In this document: one piece after another, positions 28,731 to 39,092 of the stretch
Layout of the letters: each line of letters begins with the position of its first letter
How positions within the stretch are numbered: the first letter of the stretch is position 1
Translations under genes and position numbers: made by a program
Source: a bacterium
GTDB taxonomy: Bacteria; UBA8248; JACPRG01; G963555815
Direction of reading: 5' to 3'
Length of the DNA stretch: 64,000 nt
Assembly: GCA_965218795.1 (NCBI GenBank)
Contig: OZ244653.1
Span: 288,001 to 352,000, forward strand
Notes under the pieces: generated by a model
Told to the model about the DNA's origin: nothing
The model's database searches: none
What the model saw: only the letters and a program-made list of their open reading frames with translations

Positions 28731-30164
28731 ATGGCGGAAGCCCGGAAAATGAAGAAGAAACTCTGGGGCGGAAGGTTTCACGAGCGTCCGGCGGCCTCGG
28801 TGGAGAAATTCACCGAGTCGGTGTCGTTCGACCGGCGGCTGGCCCCGTACGACATTCGGGGGAGCATCGCCCACGCAAAAATGCTGGCCCGGTGCGGGAT
28901 CATCGAAAAGGATGAAGGCCGGAGGATTGTCCGGGGACTGGAAGCCATCGGTAAGGACATTGGGTCAGGAAAATTCAGGTTCGATCCCGGGCTGGAAGAT
29001 GTGCATATGAACATCGAAGCCAGGCTGATCCGGGATATCGGGCCGGCCGGGGGTAAGCTGCACACCGGACGGAGCCGGAATGACCAGATCGCCCTTGACG
29101 TCCGGCTCTATCTCAAGGATGTCCTGACGAGCGTCCAGACGCGAATCCTCGGACTCAAAGGGGCCCTGCTTGATTTGGCGGAACGGTGCGTCGATGTGGT
29201 GATGCCGGGGTATACGCACCTGAGAAGGGCCCAGCCGGTTCTTTTCGCCCATCACCTCCTCGCCTATGTGGAGAAGCTGAACCGGGACGGGGAGCGGATG
29301 GCCGATTGCCTGAAGCGGGTGGATATCCTTCCGCTGGGGAGCGGAGCGTTGAGCGGAACGGGATTGCCGGTGGATAGGGCTTACGTGGCGGAATTGCTGG
29401 GGTTTCGGAAGATCTCTCAAAACAGCCTGGATGCCGTATCCGACCGGGACTTTGTGGTCGAATTCGTATCGGCTGCCTCGCTGGCCATGATGCATCTAAG
29501 TCGTCTGGCGGAAGAGTGGATCCTGTGGTCTGGGACCGAGTTCGGCTTCATCACACTGCCCGAGGCTTTTTGCACTGGCAGTTCAATGATGCCTCAGAAG
29601 CGGAACCCGGACGTACTCGAGCTCATCCGGGGAAAGACCGGGCGGGTGTACGGTTCGCTGGTAAATCTCCTGACCATCCTGAAGGCCCAGCCGATGACCT
29701 ACAACCGTGATCTCCAGGAGGACAAGGAGCCTCTGTTCGATGCCTCGGACACACTGATTGACAGCCTTTCCGTCTTGGCGGAGCTCGTCGAGGGCGTCGA
29801 GATCACCGAGGCCCAGAAAACCAGGATGAGGGCCGCGGCCGAAGCGGATTTTTCCCTGGCGACGGAGTTAGCCGATTATCTGACCGTTCAGGGGGTTCCC
29901 TTTCGGAAGGCCCACGAGGTGGTAGGGCGAATCGTCCGGCACTGCGAGGAGCGGGGGATTGAGCTGAAGGATCTGGACCTTCCCGCCCTTCGCGGGTTCT
30001 CGAAATCCTTCGGGAAGGACGTCCTGGAATGGTTTTCCCTGGACAAGGCCTTGAGCGCAAGAGACTTGCCGGGAGGCACGGCGCCGACTAATGTTAAGAA
30101 GATGATTCGGAAGGAGAAAAGGCGGTGCGCCGAATCCTTATCGCGATTGTCATCCTTGGGTTGA
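28731..30164 (+). CDS. argH: Argininosuccinate lyase
   Basis: LWGGRF, KLHTGRSRNDQ, PGYTHL, GSSMMPQKRNPD. Confidence 0.98.
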   Translation: MAEARKMKKKLWGGRFHERPAASVEKFTESVSFDRRLAPYDIRGSIAHAKMLARCGIIEKDEGRRIVRGLEAIGKDIGSGKFRFDPGLEDVHMNIEARLIRDIGPAGGKLHTGRSRNDQIALDVRLYLKDVLTSVQTRILGLKGALLDLAERCVDVVMPGYTHLRRAQPVLFAHHLLAYVEKLNRDGERMADCLKRVDILPLGSGALSGTGLPVDRAYVAELLGFRKISQNSLDAVSDRDFVVEFVSAASLAMMHLSRLAEEWILWSGTEFGFITLPEAFCTGSSMMPQKRNPDVLELIRGKTGRVYGSLVNLLTILKAQPMTYNRDLQEDKEPLFDASDTLIDSLSVLAELVEGVEITEAQKTRMRAAAEADFSLATELADYLTVQGVPFRKAHEVVGRIVRHCEERGIELKDLDLPALRGFSKSFGKDVLEWFSLDKALSARDLPGGTAPTNVKKMIRKEKRRCAESLSRLSSLG

Positions 30165-30247
30165 CCTTATCGGGTGGTCTGACAGGCTGTGGACAAAAGG
30201 GGAATCCGGAAACCCCGAAAAAGCCGATTCCCCCCGCTACCCGCTGA
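30125..30247 (+). CDS. Small lipoprotein, LptM/YifL/LppL-like (40 aa)
   Basis: Not in ORF track. MRRILIAIVILGLTLSGGLTGCGQKGNPETPKKPIPPATR with lipobox LTGC then GQKG. AAGGAG RBS. Lies between argH and lysA. Confidence 0.75.
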   Translation: MRRILIAIVILGLTLSGGLTGCGQKGNPETPKKPIPPATR

Positions 30248-30348
30248 GATTGCTCCGCCCGGGTCAGCACGGGCACGAAAATTTCGGTTTGATTGACGGA
30301 AAATCGGGGGCCGTGTTAGCTTAACGGAGTCTATCCTATTTTGAATCA

Positions 30349-31692
30349 ATGAGATTGAGAGATCCGGACGTGGAGACGTTTGGCTACCAAGATGGCGAAT
30401 TAATGTGTGAAAGCGTCCTGCTACGGGAGATTGCCGAACAGGTGGGCACCCCGTGCTACGTGTACAGCGCGGACCATATCACCCGCCGGTTTTCGGATTT
30501 CAACGAGGCTTTCACTGATGTGCCGCACATCATCTGCTTCGCCATGAAGGCGAACAGTAATATCGCGGTATTGCGGCTTCTGAGTAACCTGGGCAGCGGG
30601 ATCGATGTGGTCTCGGCGGGCGAGCTGTACCGGGCCATCCAGGCGGGCGTTCCGGCCGACCGGATCGTGTTTGCGGGGGTCGGGAAGTCCGTCGACGAGA
30701 TCATTATCGGGATGAAGCGGGGGATTCTGATGTTCAACGTCGAATCCCCCCAGGAACTGGACGAAATCAACCGCGTGGCCGAAAGTTATGGGCGCAAGGC
30801 GCCCGTCGCCCTTCGGGTGAATCCGGACGTCGATCCGGAGACCCATCCGTACATCGCGACGGGGATGAAAAAGAGCAAGTTCGGCATTGATATTCAAACC
30901 GCACTGGATGAATACCGCCGGGCGGCGGAATTGTCCTGGATTGACGTGTTGGGGGTCCATTCGCACATCGGTTCCCAGATCACGACGACCGGGCCGTTCG
31001 AGGATGCGGCCGAGCGGGTGTTGGAGCTGGTGACCCGGTTGCGGTCCGAGGGGATCGATATCCGCTACATGAATCTGGGCGGGGGACTGGGGATCACCTA
31101 TGACCGGGAATCGCCCCCCACGGCTTTTGAGCTGGCGGAGAAGCTCAATCCTTCGCTCCGGGAAACCGGATGCACCCTGCTGTTCGAGCCCGGAAGAAAC
31201 CTTGTGGGGAACGCCGGTGTGCTGCTGAGCCGAGTCATCTACGCCAAGAAGACAGAGGCCAAGCAGTTCTATATCGCCGATGCCGCTATGAACGACCTGA
31301 TTCGGCCCAGTCTGTATGAGAGTTATCACGAGATCCGCCCGTTATCGGAGGCCGTCGGCTCCCGGCCGCGGTCGGTGGCGGACCTGGTCGGACCGATATG
31401 CGAGAGCGGAGATTTCCTGGCCAAGGACCGGGAGCTTCCCGCTTTCGAACCCGAGGACCTCTTCGCCGTGATGAGCGCGGGAGCCTACGGTTTCGCCATG
31501 GCCTCGAATTACAACGCCCGGCCCAAGCCCGCCGAGGTGCTGGTGCGGGGGAATGAATCTCACGTCATCCGCAAGCGGGAGACGTTCCAGGACCTGATTC
31601 AGGGGGAGCAGGTCCCGGAGTTTCTCGATCCGCCGAAGTCCGTGGACGCGGGGATGGCATCGGGATCCAGCGATGGAGCGGGAGGCGGATGA
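30349..31692 (+). CDS. lysA: Diaminopimelate decarboxylase
   Basis: FAMKANS, HSHIGSQ, LGGGLG, EPGR, GPICESGD, GAYG. Confidence 0.97.
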   Translation: MRLRDPDVETFGYQDGELMCESVLLREIAEQVGTPCYVYSADHITRRFSDFNEAFTDVPHIICFAMKANSNIAVLRLLSNLGSGIDVVSAGELYRAIQAGVPADRIVFAGVGKSVDEIIIGMKRGILMFNVESPQELDEINRVAESYGRKAPVALRVNPDVDPETHPYIATGMKKSKFGIDIQTALDEYRRAAELSWIDVLGVHSHIGSQITTTGPFEDAAERVLELVTRLRSEGIDIRYMNLGGGLGITYDRESPPTAFELAEKLNPSLRETGCTLLFEPGRNLVGNAGVLLSRVIYAKKTEAKQFYIADAAMNDLIRPSLYESYHEIRPLSEAVGSRPRSVADLVGPICESGDFLAKDRELPAFEPEDLFAVMSAGAYGFAMASNYNARPKPAEVLVRGNESHVIRKRETFQDLIQGEQVPEFLDPPKSVDAGMASGSSDGAGGG

Positions 31693-32513
31693 AGTCCATT
31701 CCGTTCGTGAAAATGCAGGGGAGCGGAAATGATTTCATCCTCATCGACAACCGCCCCCGTCACTTGGACCCAGGCGACTTGGACGATTTCGTGCCACGCG
31801 TCTGCCGACGGGCGAAGTCCGTCGGCGCAGACGGCTTCATCCTGCTGGAAGAGAGCGCCCGGGCCGATTTTCGGTGGCACTTTTTCAACGCCGACGGCAG
31901 CCGGGCCGAAATGTGCGGCAATGGGAGCCGCTGCGCCGCCCGATGGGCTCACGCCCTGGGGATTGCCCCGGCTCAACTGGAATTCGAGACGGATGCCGGC
32001 GTCATCTCGGCCGTGGTCAAAGGGCGGAAAGTGAAGGTTCGACTGACGGACCCCACGTCGATGGAACGGGACGTCAGGCTCCCGTCAAACGGCCGGGACC
32101 TCCACCTGCAAACCCTCAACACGGGCGTACCGCACGCGGTAGGGTTCGTGGAAGACCTCGAGGGTTGCGATGTGGTGGAGGTGGGCCGCTATGTGCGTCA
32201 CCATGCCCGTTTTCAGCCCGCCGGGACCAATATGAATTTTGCCAAGGTGATGGAGCGCGGGCGGATCGCCATCCGGACCTATGAACGGGGAGTGGAGGAC
32301 GAGACCCTGGCTTGCGGAACAGGGGCGGTGGCCTCCGCCCTCGCCTCGACGGAACTGGGATTCACCGACTCCCCTGTGGACGTTGTAACGCGGAGCGGCG
32401 AAGTGCTTCAGATTAGCTTTCAGAAAGAAGGAGACCGATATTCAGAAGTCCATATGGAGGGAGAAACGACCCTGGTCTATGAGGGGTCACTGAACGAAGA
32501 GGCCTGGGAGTAG
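31689..32513 (+). CDS. dapF: Diaminopimelate epimerase
   Basis: KMQGSGNDF, EMCGNG, ERGVEDETLACGTG. Confidence 0.97.
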   Translation: MKSIPFVKMQGSGNDFILIDNRPRHLDPGDLDDFVPRVCRRAKSVGADGFILLEESARADFRWHFFNADGSRAEMCGNGSRCAARWAHALGIAPAQLEFETDAGVISAVVKGRKVKVRLTDPTSMERDVRLPSNGRDLHLQTLNTGVPHAVGFVEDLEGCDVVEVGRYVRHHARFQPAGTNMNFAKVMERGRIAIRTYERGVEDETLACGTGAVASALASTELGFTDSPVDVVTRSGEVLQISFQKEGDRYSEVHMEGETTLVYEGSLNEEAWE

Positions 32514-32548
32514 GGGACCGCCGGGTGCTTCGATAAAGGGGAGCCGCC

Positions 32549-33424
32549 ATGTTTCATGGATCGAATGTCGCCATCGTTACGCCGTTCAATAACAGCGGCG
32601 TGGATGAAGAGGCCCTGCGCGGATTGATTGAATGGCACATCGAGAGCGGGACGCACGGAATCGTTTCCTGCGGGACGACCGGCGAGTCCGCCACCCTCTC
32701 TCATGAGGAGCACGACCGGGTGGTGGAGTTCACCCTGGAGGTCGTCAATGGGCGAATTCCGGTCATTGCGGGGGCCGGCTCCAATTCGACGCAGGAGGCC
32801 ATCCGGCGGACCCGGTACGCCAGATCGGCGGGGGCCGATGGAGCCCTCCTCGTGGTTCCGTATTACAACAAGCCGACCCAGGAAGGTATGTTCCAGCATT
32901 TTCGGGCGGTTGCGGAGGCCGTGGACATCCCCGTCATTCTGTACAACGTCCCCGGCCGGACGGTCGCCAACATGCAGCCTGAGACCGTTGCCCGCTTGGC
33001 GGAAATCCCGAATATCGTGGGAATTAAGGAGGCGACCGGCTCGTTGGCTCAAGTCAGCGATGTCATTGGCTTGTGCCCGGAGAAATTCACCGTCCTGTCG
33101 GGCGAAGACTCCGTGGTGTTGCCGATGTATTCGGTCGGCGGGCGGGGCGTTATATCGGTCACGGCGAACGTTGCTCCCAAGGACATGGCAGAGATGTGCG
33201 ACGCGGCGGAAGAGGGCGACTGGCAAAGGGCGCGCGATTTGCACTACAAACTTCGTCCACTGAGCGCCGCGATGTTCTTCGAGACCAACCCCATCCCGGC
33301 GAAGATGGCCCTGAGCCTGATGGGAAAGATTCAGGGCGATCTGCGCCTCCCGTTATGCCCCATGGGTGAGGTCCCTCGCGAAATGCTTGTCGAGACGATG
33401 AAGGCATACGGTTTGCTCAACTGA
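32549..33424 (+). CDS. dapA: 4-hydroxy-tetrahydrodipicolinate synthase
   Basis: GTTGES, PYYNKP, LYNVPGRT, GIKEA, ETNPIP. Confidence 0.97.
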   Translation: MFHGSNVAIVTPFNNSGVDEEALRGLIEWHIESGTHGIVSCGTTGESATLSHEEHDRVVEFTLEVVNGRIPVIAGAGSNSTQEAIRRTRYARSAGADGALLVVPYYNKPTQEGMFQHFRAVAEAVDIPVILYNVPGRTVANMQPETVARLAEIPNIVGIKEATGSLAQVSDVIGLCPEKFTVLSGEDSVVLPMYSVGGRGVISVTANVAPKDMAEMCDAAEEGDWQRARDLHYKLRPLSAAMFFETNPIPAKMALSLMGKIQGDLRLPLCPMGEVPREMLVETMKAYGLLN

Positions 33425-33551
33425 GATCCCGAGGTCGCAAGCCTCCCCGGCATTTGGACCGCTCGAAACGAAGAAGTCGGGATCGGGGGGGGAATCGGCG
33501 ATAATCGTCCTGAAGGGAGTGAGATTGAAGAACCCGTTGAGGCCATCGGAG

Positions 33552-35177
33552 ATGAAAAGGAACGTTTTGGCCCTCCTGTTGCTGGTGGTCGCGCTCGGAC
33601 TCGGGTTTCCTTCAGGCACGGTCCGATCCAGTTGGAGAGCTGGGCCCGCTCCCGCATGGGGTCTGGCGGAATCACCCTTCCACGTCATCGAAGAGGCCTT
33701 TTCGATTCTCCGAAAAAACCACCATTCTGATCCGCAACCCCCGAAGATCATACGGGGCGCAATGGATGCGGTGTACGAAAAGGTGAAGGAGGACGAGGGA
33801 GCGGACCGTATCCAACAAACCGAGAAGAACGGGGTTATCACTTGGCAGGTGGGCAAGAAGGCGGTTAAGGTCCCGATCGAGGATCATGTTGAGGCCGACA
33901 TCGAGTCCTTCGAGCGCGCCTTTGAGATGGTGCGAACAGCCTATTATCCCGAAGAGAAAAAGTCGCGCGATTTGGCCTATGCGGCGATCAGGGGCATGAT
34001 GAGGCCGCTCGACCCCCACAGCGCCCTGATGACACCGGAGTCCTTCAGGGAGCTCCAGGTGGAGACCAAGGGGGAGTTCGAAGGCATCGGGATTGAGATC
34101 ACGATCCGGGATGGAAAGCTCACCGTGGTCTCCCCCATTGAAGGGACCCCCGCTCACCGGTTGGGTATCAAGACCAACGATCACATCATCAAGATTGAGG
34201 ACTTTGACACCAAGGGGATCTCCCTCTTGGGAGCCGTCCGGCGGATGCGCGGCCGGAAGGGCACAACGGTTACCATTCAGGTGAGCCGGAAGAATTACGA
34301 CAAGCCGCTCATGTTTACCATCGTTCGCGACATGATCCAGATTCGCACGGTCAAGAGAAAAATGCTCCCGGGGAAGATCGGCTACATCCGCCTGCGGAGC
34401 TTTGTCGAATCATCCAGTACCGAACTGTTTAGGGAGGTGAAGAAGATTAAAAAGGACCAGGCTCGGGGATTGATTCTGGACCTCAGAAACAATCCCGGCG
34501 GCCTGCTTCGCCAGGCGGTTCAGGTTTCCGACATGTTTTTGGGCCGGGGATCCACGATCGTTTATACAAAAGGCAAGCGTCCGCAGCACAATTTGCGCTT
34601 CGTCGACAAGCAGCCCGGTCCCTTTGACAGGATACCGATGGTCGTTCTCGTGAATTCGGGGAGTGCCAGTGCATCGGAAATCGTCACCGGAGCGCTTCAG
34701 GATTTGCAGCGGGCCCTGGTCATCGGGACCCGAACGTTCGGAAAAGGTTCCGTCCAGACCATCATTCCCTTGAGCGACGGTGCAGGGCTCCGAGTGACGA
34801 CGGCGCTGTATTACACTTCCAAAGGCCGTGAGATTCAAGCCAAGGGAATCTTACCGGACGCGATCGTCCGACAGCCCGGTGACACCCGGAGCGATGACTT
34901 CGTTCTGGAAAAGGAATTTCTTCGACGTCGGGGTCAAAAGGCGCCGGCGGGCGACGGGAACAAGAGCAAGCGGGACCCGCCTCATCCCAAACCCAAACCG
35001 GTCAGGCCCATCGAGTTGGGGTCGAAAGACGACCACCAGTTGAATGTTGCGCGCCGCATCCTGGATGAGATGCCGGACCGCCGCGTGGCCCGACTCATGA
35101 TTCGCGCCCGCCAGATTCTCTCTTCGATCGGGAAGGAGCAGACGCGAATCGAGCGGGAGAGGGAGGTCCGACCTTGA
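33552..35177 (+). CDS. ctpA: Carboxyl-terminal processing protease (S41A)
   Basis: LDPHS, PDZ GIGIEI, LDLRNNPGG, SASASEIV, TFGKGSVQ. Confidence 0.93.
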   Translation: MKRNVLALLLLVVALGLGFPSGTVRSSWRAGPAPAWGLAESPFHVIEEAFSILRKNHHSDPQPPKIIRGAMDAVYEKVKEDEGADRIQQTEKNGVITWQVGKKAVKVPIEDHVEADIESFERAFEMVRTAYYPEEKKSRDLAYAAIRGMMRPLDPHSALMTPESFRELQVETKGEFEGIGIEITIRDGKLTVVSPIEGTPAHRLGIKTNDHIIKIEDFDTKGISLLGAVRRMRGRKGTTVTIQVSRKNYDKPLMFTIVRDMIQIRTVKRKMLPGKIGYIRLRSFVESSSTELFREVKKIKKDQARGLILDLRNNPGGLLRQAVQVSDMFLGRGSTIVYTKGKRPQHNLRFVDKQPGPFDRIPMVVLVNSGSASASEIVTGALQDLQRALVIGTRTFGKGSVQTIIPLSDGAGLRVTTALYYTSKGREIQAKGILPDAIVRQPGDTRSDDFVLEKEFLRRRGQKAPAGDGNKSKRDPPHPKPKPVRPIELGSKDDHQLNVARRILDEMPDRRVARLMIRARQILSSIGKEQTRIEREREVRP

Positions 35178-35980
35178 TCCGCGCAACCGTTGCAGGCGCG
35201 GCAGGACGGATGGGCGGATGCAATATCCGTGCAATTTGCGAGGCGGATGACTTTGAGCTCGCGGGGGCTTTTGAAGCGCGCGATCATCCCTCCGTTGGAG
35301 AAGATGCAGGTACGGTTGCAGGTGTCGGCCCGTTGGGCGTTCCCGTCCTGGAGAGTATCGAAGAGGCCATCGCAGACGGTGACGTCGTCCTGGATTTCAC
35401 AGCACCGGATGCCTCCCTCGAGAATGCAAGCCAGGCCGCTTCCTTGGGCAAGGCGGCCGTGATCGGCACAACGGGGTTTGAGCCGGACCAAAAGCAAGCC
35501 ATAACGGAATTGGGAGACCGGCTGCGCGCCGTGGTGGCCCCCAACATGAGCGTCGGGGTGAACGTGACCATTGAGTTGGTCAAGGTCGCCGCACGGCTTC
35601 TCGGTGAGGAGTTCGATGTCGAATTGGTGGAGGCCCACCACCATTTCAAGAAGGACGCGCCCAGCGGGACGGCCCTGGCGCTCGCGGAGGCGGCGGCATC
35701 CGCACTGGGACGGGATCTGGCCGAGGTCGGCGTGTACGGTAGACACGGCCAGGTCGGAGAGAGAACCCAGCCGGAAATCGGCGTGATGACTCTCCGGGCG
35801 GGCGACCTCGTCGGCGAGCATACCGTGCTGTTCGGAGGCATCGGAGAGCGCGTTGAGATCGTCCATCGAGCCCACAGCCGTGACAACTTTGCGCGAGGCG
35901 CCCTGCGAGCGGCCCGATGGGTTTTGAATAAACCCGCCTGTATTTATTCCATGGCGGATGTCCTCGGCCTGACGACCTGA
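35174..35980 (+). CDS. dapB: 4-hydroxy-tetrahydrodipicolinate reductase
   Basis: GAAGRMG, IGTTG, EAHHHFKKDAPSGTA. Confidence 0.97.
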   Translation: MIRATVAGAAGRMGGCNIRAICEADDFELAGAFEARDHPSVGEDAGTVAGVGPLGVPVLESIEEAIADGDVVLDFTAPDASLENASQAASLGKAAVIGTTGFEPDQKQAITELGDRLRAVVAPNMSVGVNVTIELVKVAARLLGEEFDVELVEAHHHFKKDAPSGTALALAEAAASALGRDLAEVGVYGRHGQVGERTQPEIGVMTLRAGDLVGEHTVLFGGIGERVEIVHRAHSRDNFARGALRAARWVLNKPACIYSMADVLGLTT

Positions 35981-36100
35981 CCCAGCCTTTTCAGCCGTAG
36001 TCCGGCTTTCTTCCAGAAAGTTTGATTCATTTCATGTTTCTTTCGTTATGCAAGCGGAAATTTCTGCCTCTGCAACCCAACGAGGAGCTAAAGTAAAAAA

Positions 36101-36270
36101 GGAATGATACGCTTGACCAGCCAGGAGTATCATTCTCCGGGGGTTCCCGTGGACCCGTACCTCGCCTCGAGCTCGTCACGCGCCGTGTAAGTCGATTCCT
36201 CTCTCGAGAATGGATCCCGCGGAAGCGGGAATCCAGAAAAAAGGCTTGGCTGGTCAAGCGTATCATTTCC
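36101..36270. mobile_element. MITE-like element (170 bp)
   Basis: Perfect 21-bp inverted repeats AATGATACGCTTGACCAGCCA (36103-36123 and 36247-36267). TAAAAAA flanks both sides (36094-36100, 36271-36277). Internal REP-like unit at 36214-36234. Confidence 0.75.
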
Positions 36271-36485
36271 TAAAAAAACAATGGTGGTTACTTCGGGGGA
36301 GGCGGCAACTTTTAGAGACTGAGGGATCGGGTCAACGGAAATTTCTGTCTCATTGGTGCTGGATTCCAGTTCCAGCCCGTCGCCAAGCCTGCAACCATCC
36401 TTCCAAATCCTCGGCACACTCCTTCCGGAAATCGCCTGAGAGCCGTCATCCGTCTGCGGTCTTGATCCTGCTCGCAGGTCCCGGA

Positions 36486-37199
36486 TCAGAACTCCTTCGT
36501 TTCTCCCGGCTGAAAATCGGCCACTTCCAGGTCCGCCACTTGTATCGTCAGTTGCTTGAATTCCTCCACCGTCCCTGTGAGCAGCGGAAACGTCCCGTAA
36601 TGGCAGGGGATGACGATATGGGGCTCCAGCAACCTGCACGCGTAGGCGGCCTCTTTGGGATCCATCGTGAAGTGGCTCCCGATGGGGAGGACGGCCATCG
36701 TCGGGGCATACAATTCGTGAATGATCCGCATGTCCCCGAAGACGTTCGTGTCTCCGGCGAAGTAAACTTTGAAGGCGTTCTCAAATTCAACCACGTATCC
36801 AGCGGGCTCGCCCAGGTAGATGGGCTTGCCGTTATCATCCGCCGAGGAACTGTGCTGGGCGTGGGTCATGGTGAACTTGATGCCTTCGACCGTCTGGGTC
36901 CCTCCTTTGTTCATCCCGCTGGCGTTCTCCACTCCCTGTCCGGCCAGCCATATGGCCAGCTCGTTCTGAGCGACGAGTGTGGGCTTGTGGACCTTGGCGA
37001 TCTCGACCGTATCGCCGACGTGATCGAAATGACCGTGGGTGAGAAGGATGACGTCGCAGGTCTCGACGTTCTTGCACTCATCAGGACAGGAGGGATTCCC
37101 GTTGAGCCAGGGATCCAAGTAAATCGTCTTCCCGCCCGGAGACAGAACCTTGAAACTTCCGTGTCCGAGCCAAGTGATGTTCAAATTCTTGGTTCCCAT
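36486..37199 (-). CDS. Metal-dependent hydrolase, MBL fold (UPF0173-like)
   Basis: TWLGHGSF, LDPWL, THGHFDHVGD, YFAGDT, IPCHYGTF. Confidence 0.93.
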   Translation of the reverse strand: MGTKNLNITWLGHGSFKVLSPGGKTIYLDPWLNGNPSCPDECKNVETCDVILLTHGHFDHVGDTVEIAKVHKPTLVAQNELAIWLAGQGVENASGMNKGGTQTVEGIKFTMTHAQHSSSADDNGKPIYLGEPAGYVVEFENAFKVYFAGDTNVFGDMRIIHELYAPTMAVLPIGSHFTMDPKEAAYACRLLEPHIVIPCHYGTFPLLTGTVEEFKQLTIQVADLEVADFQPGETKEF

Positions 37200-37336
37200 C
37201 GCTTCTCCTCTCCCGACCGAAATGGATACGTTAGAGCCGGTAATGCAAGGCTGTCGAATTTACCGGGTCGGCCCAATGACTTCAAGCCGGCCGGCGGAAC
37301 ATCTCATCCGGTTTGGCCCGGCAGGTCAGGCGGTCC

Positions 37337-37996
37337 TCAAACACATGGGATCTCTTTGAGGTCCGGGGAGACCGAGAACCGCGCCGCCGTTTTTCCCTCG
37401 ATTTCTTCGACGCTGACGCCAGGAGCCTGTTCCAGGAGAACAAGGCCGTTTTCCGTTACGTCCATCACGCAAAGATCCGTGAAAATCATGTCGACGACAC
37501 CCGCCCCGGTCAACGGGAGGTCGCAATGGGGAACGATCTTCGATACTCCCTTTTTCGTCACATGCTCCATCAGGACGAACACCTGCTTGGCCCCCGCCAC
37601 CAAGTCCATGGCGCCGCCCATGCCGGCGACCATCCGTCCGGGGATCATCCAGTTGGCCAAGTCCCCGTTTTCGGCGACCTGCATCGCCCCCAGGATGGTG
37701 GCATCGACGTGACCGCCGCGGATCATGCCGAACGCGGTTGCGCTGTCGCAAAAAGCCGCGCCCGGAAGGACGGTGATGGTCTCCTTGCTGGCGTTGATGA
37801 GATCCGCCTCTTGGGCCCCCTTCTTCGGAAACGGGCCCATCGCCAACACACCGTTTTCCGACTGGAGTGTGACCTGCTTGTCGGATGAGATATAGTTCCC
37901 GACCAGGGTAGGCATTCCGATGCCCAGGTTGATGTAATCCCCGTCCTTCAGCTCCATGGCCGCTCGGGCCGCAATTTGCTCGCGCGACAGGCTCAA
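37337..37996 (-). CDS. scoB: 3-oxoacid CoA-transferase subunit B
   Basis: [33 protein letters not shown]. Confidence 0.92.
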   Translation of the reverse strand: MSLSREQIAARAAMELKDGDYINLGIGMPTLVGNYISSDKQVTLQSENGVLAMGPFPKKGAQEADLINASKETITVLPGAAFCDSATAFGMIRGGHVDATILGAMQVAENGDLANWMIPGRMVAGMGGAMDLVAGAKQVFVLMEHVTKKGVSKIVPHCDLPLTGAGVVDMIFTDLCVMDVTENGLVLLEQAPGVSVEEIEGKTAARFSVSPDLKEIPCV

Positions 37997-38703
37997 TCTT
38001 CTCGGGCTCCTTCATCCTGCACCGTCAGAATCTCGATCCGCTTTTCGAACTTCGCCCCTTGAAAGATCCGCTGAACGAAGATTCCCGGCGTGTGGACCTG
38101 ATTGGGGTCCAGCTCGCCGGCGGAGACGAGCTGTTCGACCTCCGCGATCGTGATCCGGCCCGCCATGGCCATCACATGGTTGAAGTTTTGGGCGGTCATC
38201 CGGTAGATCAGGTTGCCGGCCGTGTCCCCCTTCCATGCCTTCACGAATGCGAAATCGGCGGAGAGGGGAAGTTCCAGAACGTACGTTTCGCCGTCGATGA
38301 CCTTCGTCTCTTTGTTTTCCGCAACGATGGTTCCCACGCCGGTCCTGGTGTAGAATCCGCCTACGCCTACGCCCGCGGCCCGGATTCGCTCGGCGAAAGT
38401 CCCCTGCGGAACGAACTCCACTTCGATTTCTCCGGCCAGGTATTGGCGCTCGAGCTCCTTGTTGGCCCCGATCCGGCTGCAGATCATCTTCCGGACGTGT
38501 CGGGCCGACAACCATTTTCCGAGGAACCAGTCGTCGACACCCGCCCCGTTGCTGATCACGGTCAGATCCCGGGCCTTCGTATCACAGACGGCATCAATGA
38601 GCTCTTCCACAGCGCCGCAGATGCCGAATCCGCCCGCCATGATGGTGGCGCCGTCCTGAAGGTCGAAAACCGCCTCTCGCGCGGATTGAAAGACTTGGGC
38701 CAT
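37993..38703 (-). CDS. scoA: 3-oxoacid CoA-transferase subunit A
   Basis: [39 protein letters not shown]. Confidence 0.92.
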   Translation of the reverse strand: MAQVFQSAREAVFDLQDGATIMAGGFGICGAVEELIDAVCDTKARDLTVISNGAGVDDWFLGKWLSARHVRKMICSRIGANKELERQYLAGEIEVEFVPQGTFAERIRAAGVGVGGFYTRTGVGTIVAENKETKVIDGETYVLELPLSADFAFVKAWKGDTAGNLIYRMTAQNFNHVMAMAGRITIAEVEQLVSAGELDPNQVHTPGIFVQRIFQGAKFEKRIEILTVQDEGARED

Positions 38704-39092
38704 GCAACCTCCCTGATATTCCGGAAAAACTCTGTTGCCCCGTCCGGCAAACCCTGCACATTCTAACAGAAAGAAACCTCGTGACGAGAACCCAACCGGC
38801 GGGAAATCGAATCACCGGCTTGATACCGAGACGGCCGCTTTTTTTACCCTCCCCACTTTTTCAGTCTGTTGCGGGTGTGGGAGGCTTGGGATAACATGAG
38901 TCGTCATTCGGTTGTTGTGAATGACGCACCAGATCGAGACGTGAGACAGAAAAAACGATCCCGCCTCGATGGTCCATCGCAATCGAAGCTCTTGCTTGAA
39001 CAACGCCGTCCGCGGCGATGACGGATACAGGCGGCGCCGATTGGATGAGATCCACAACAGGCCATCGAGCCATCCCATGACACCCAACGGAT

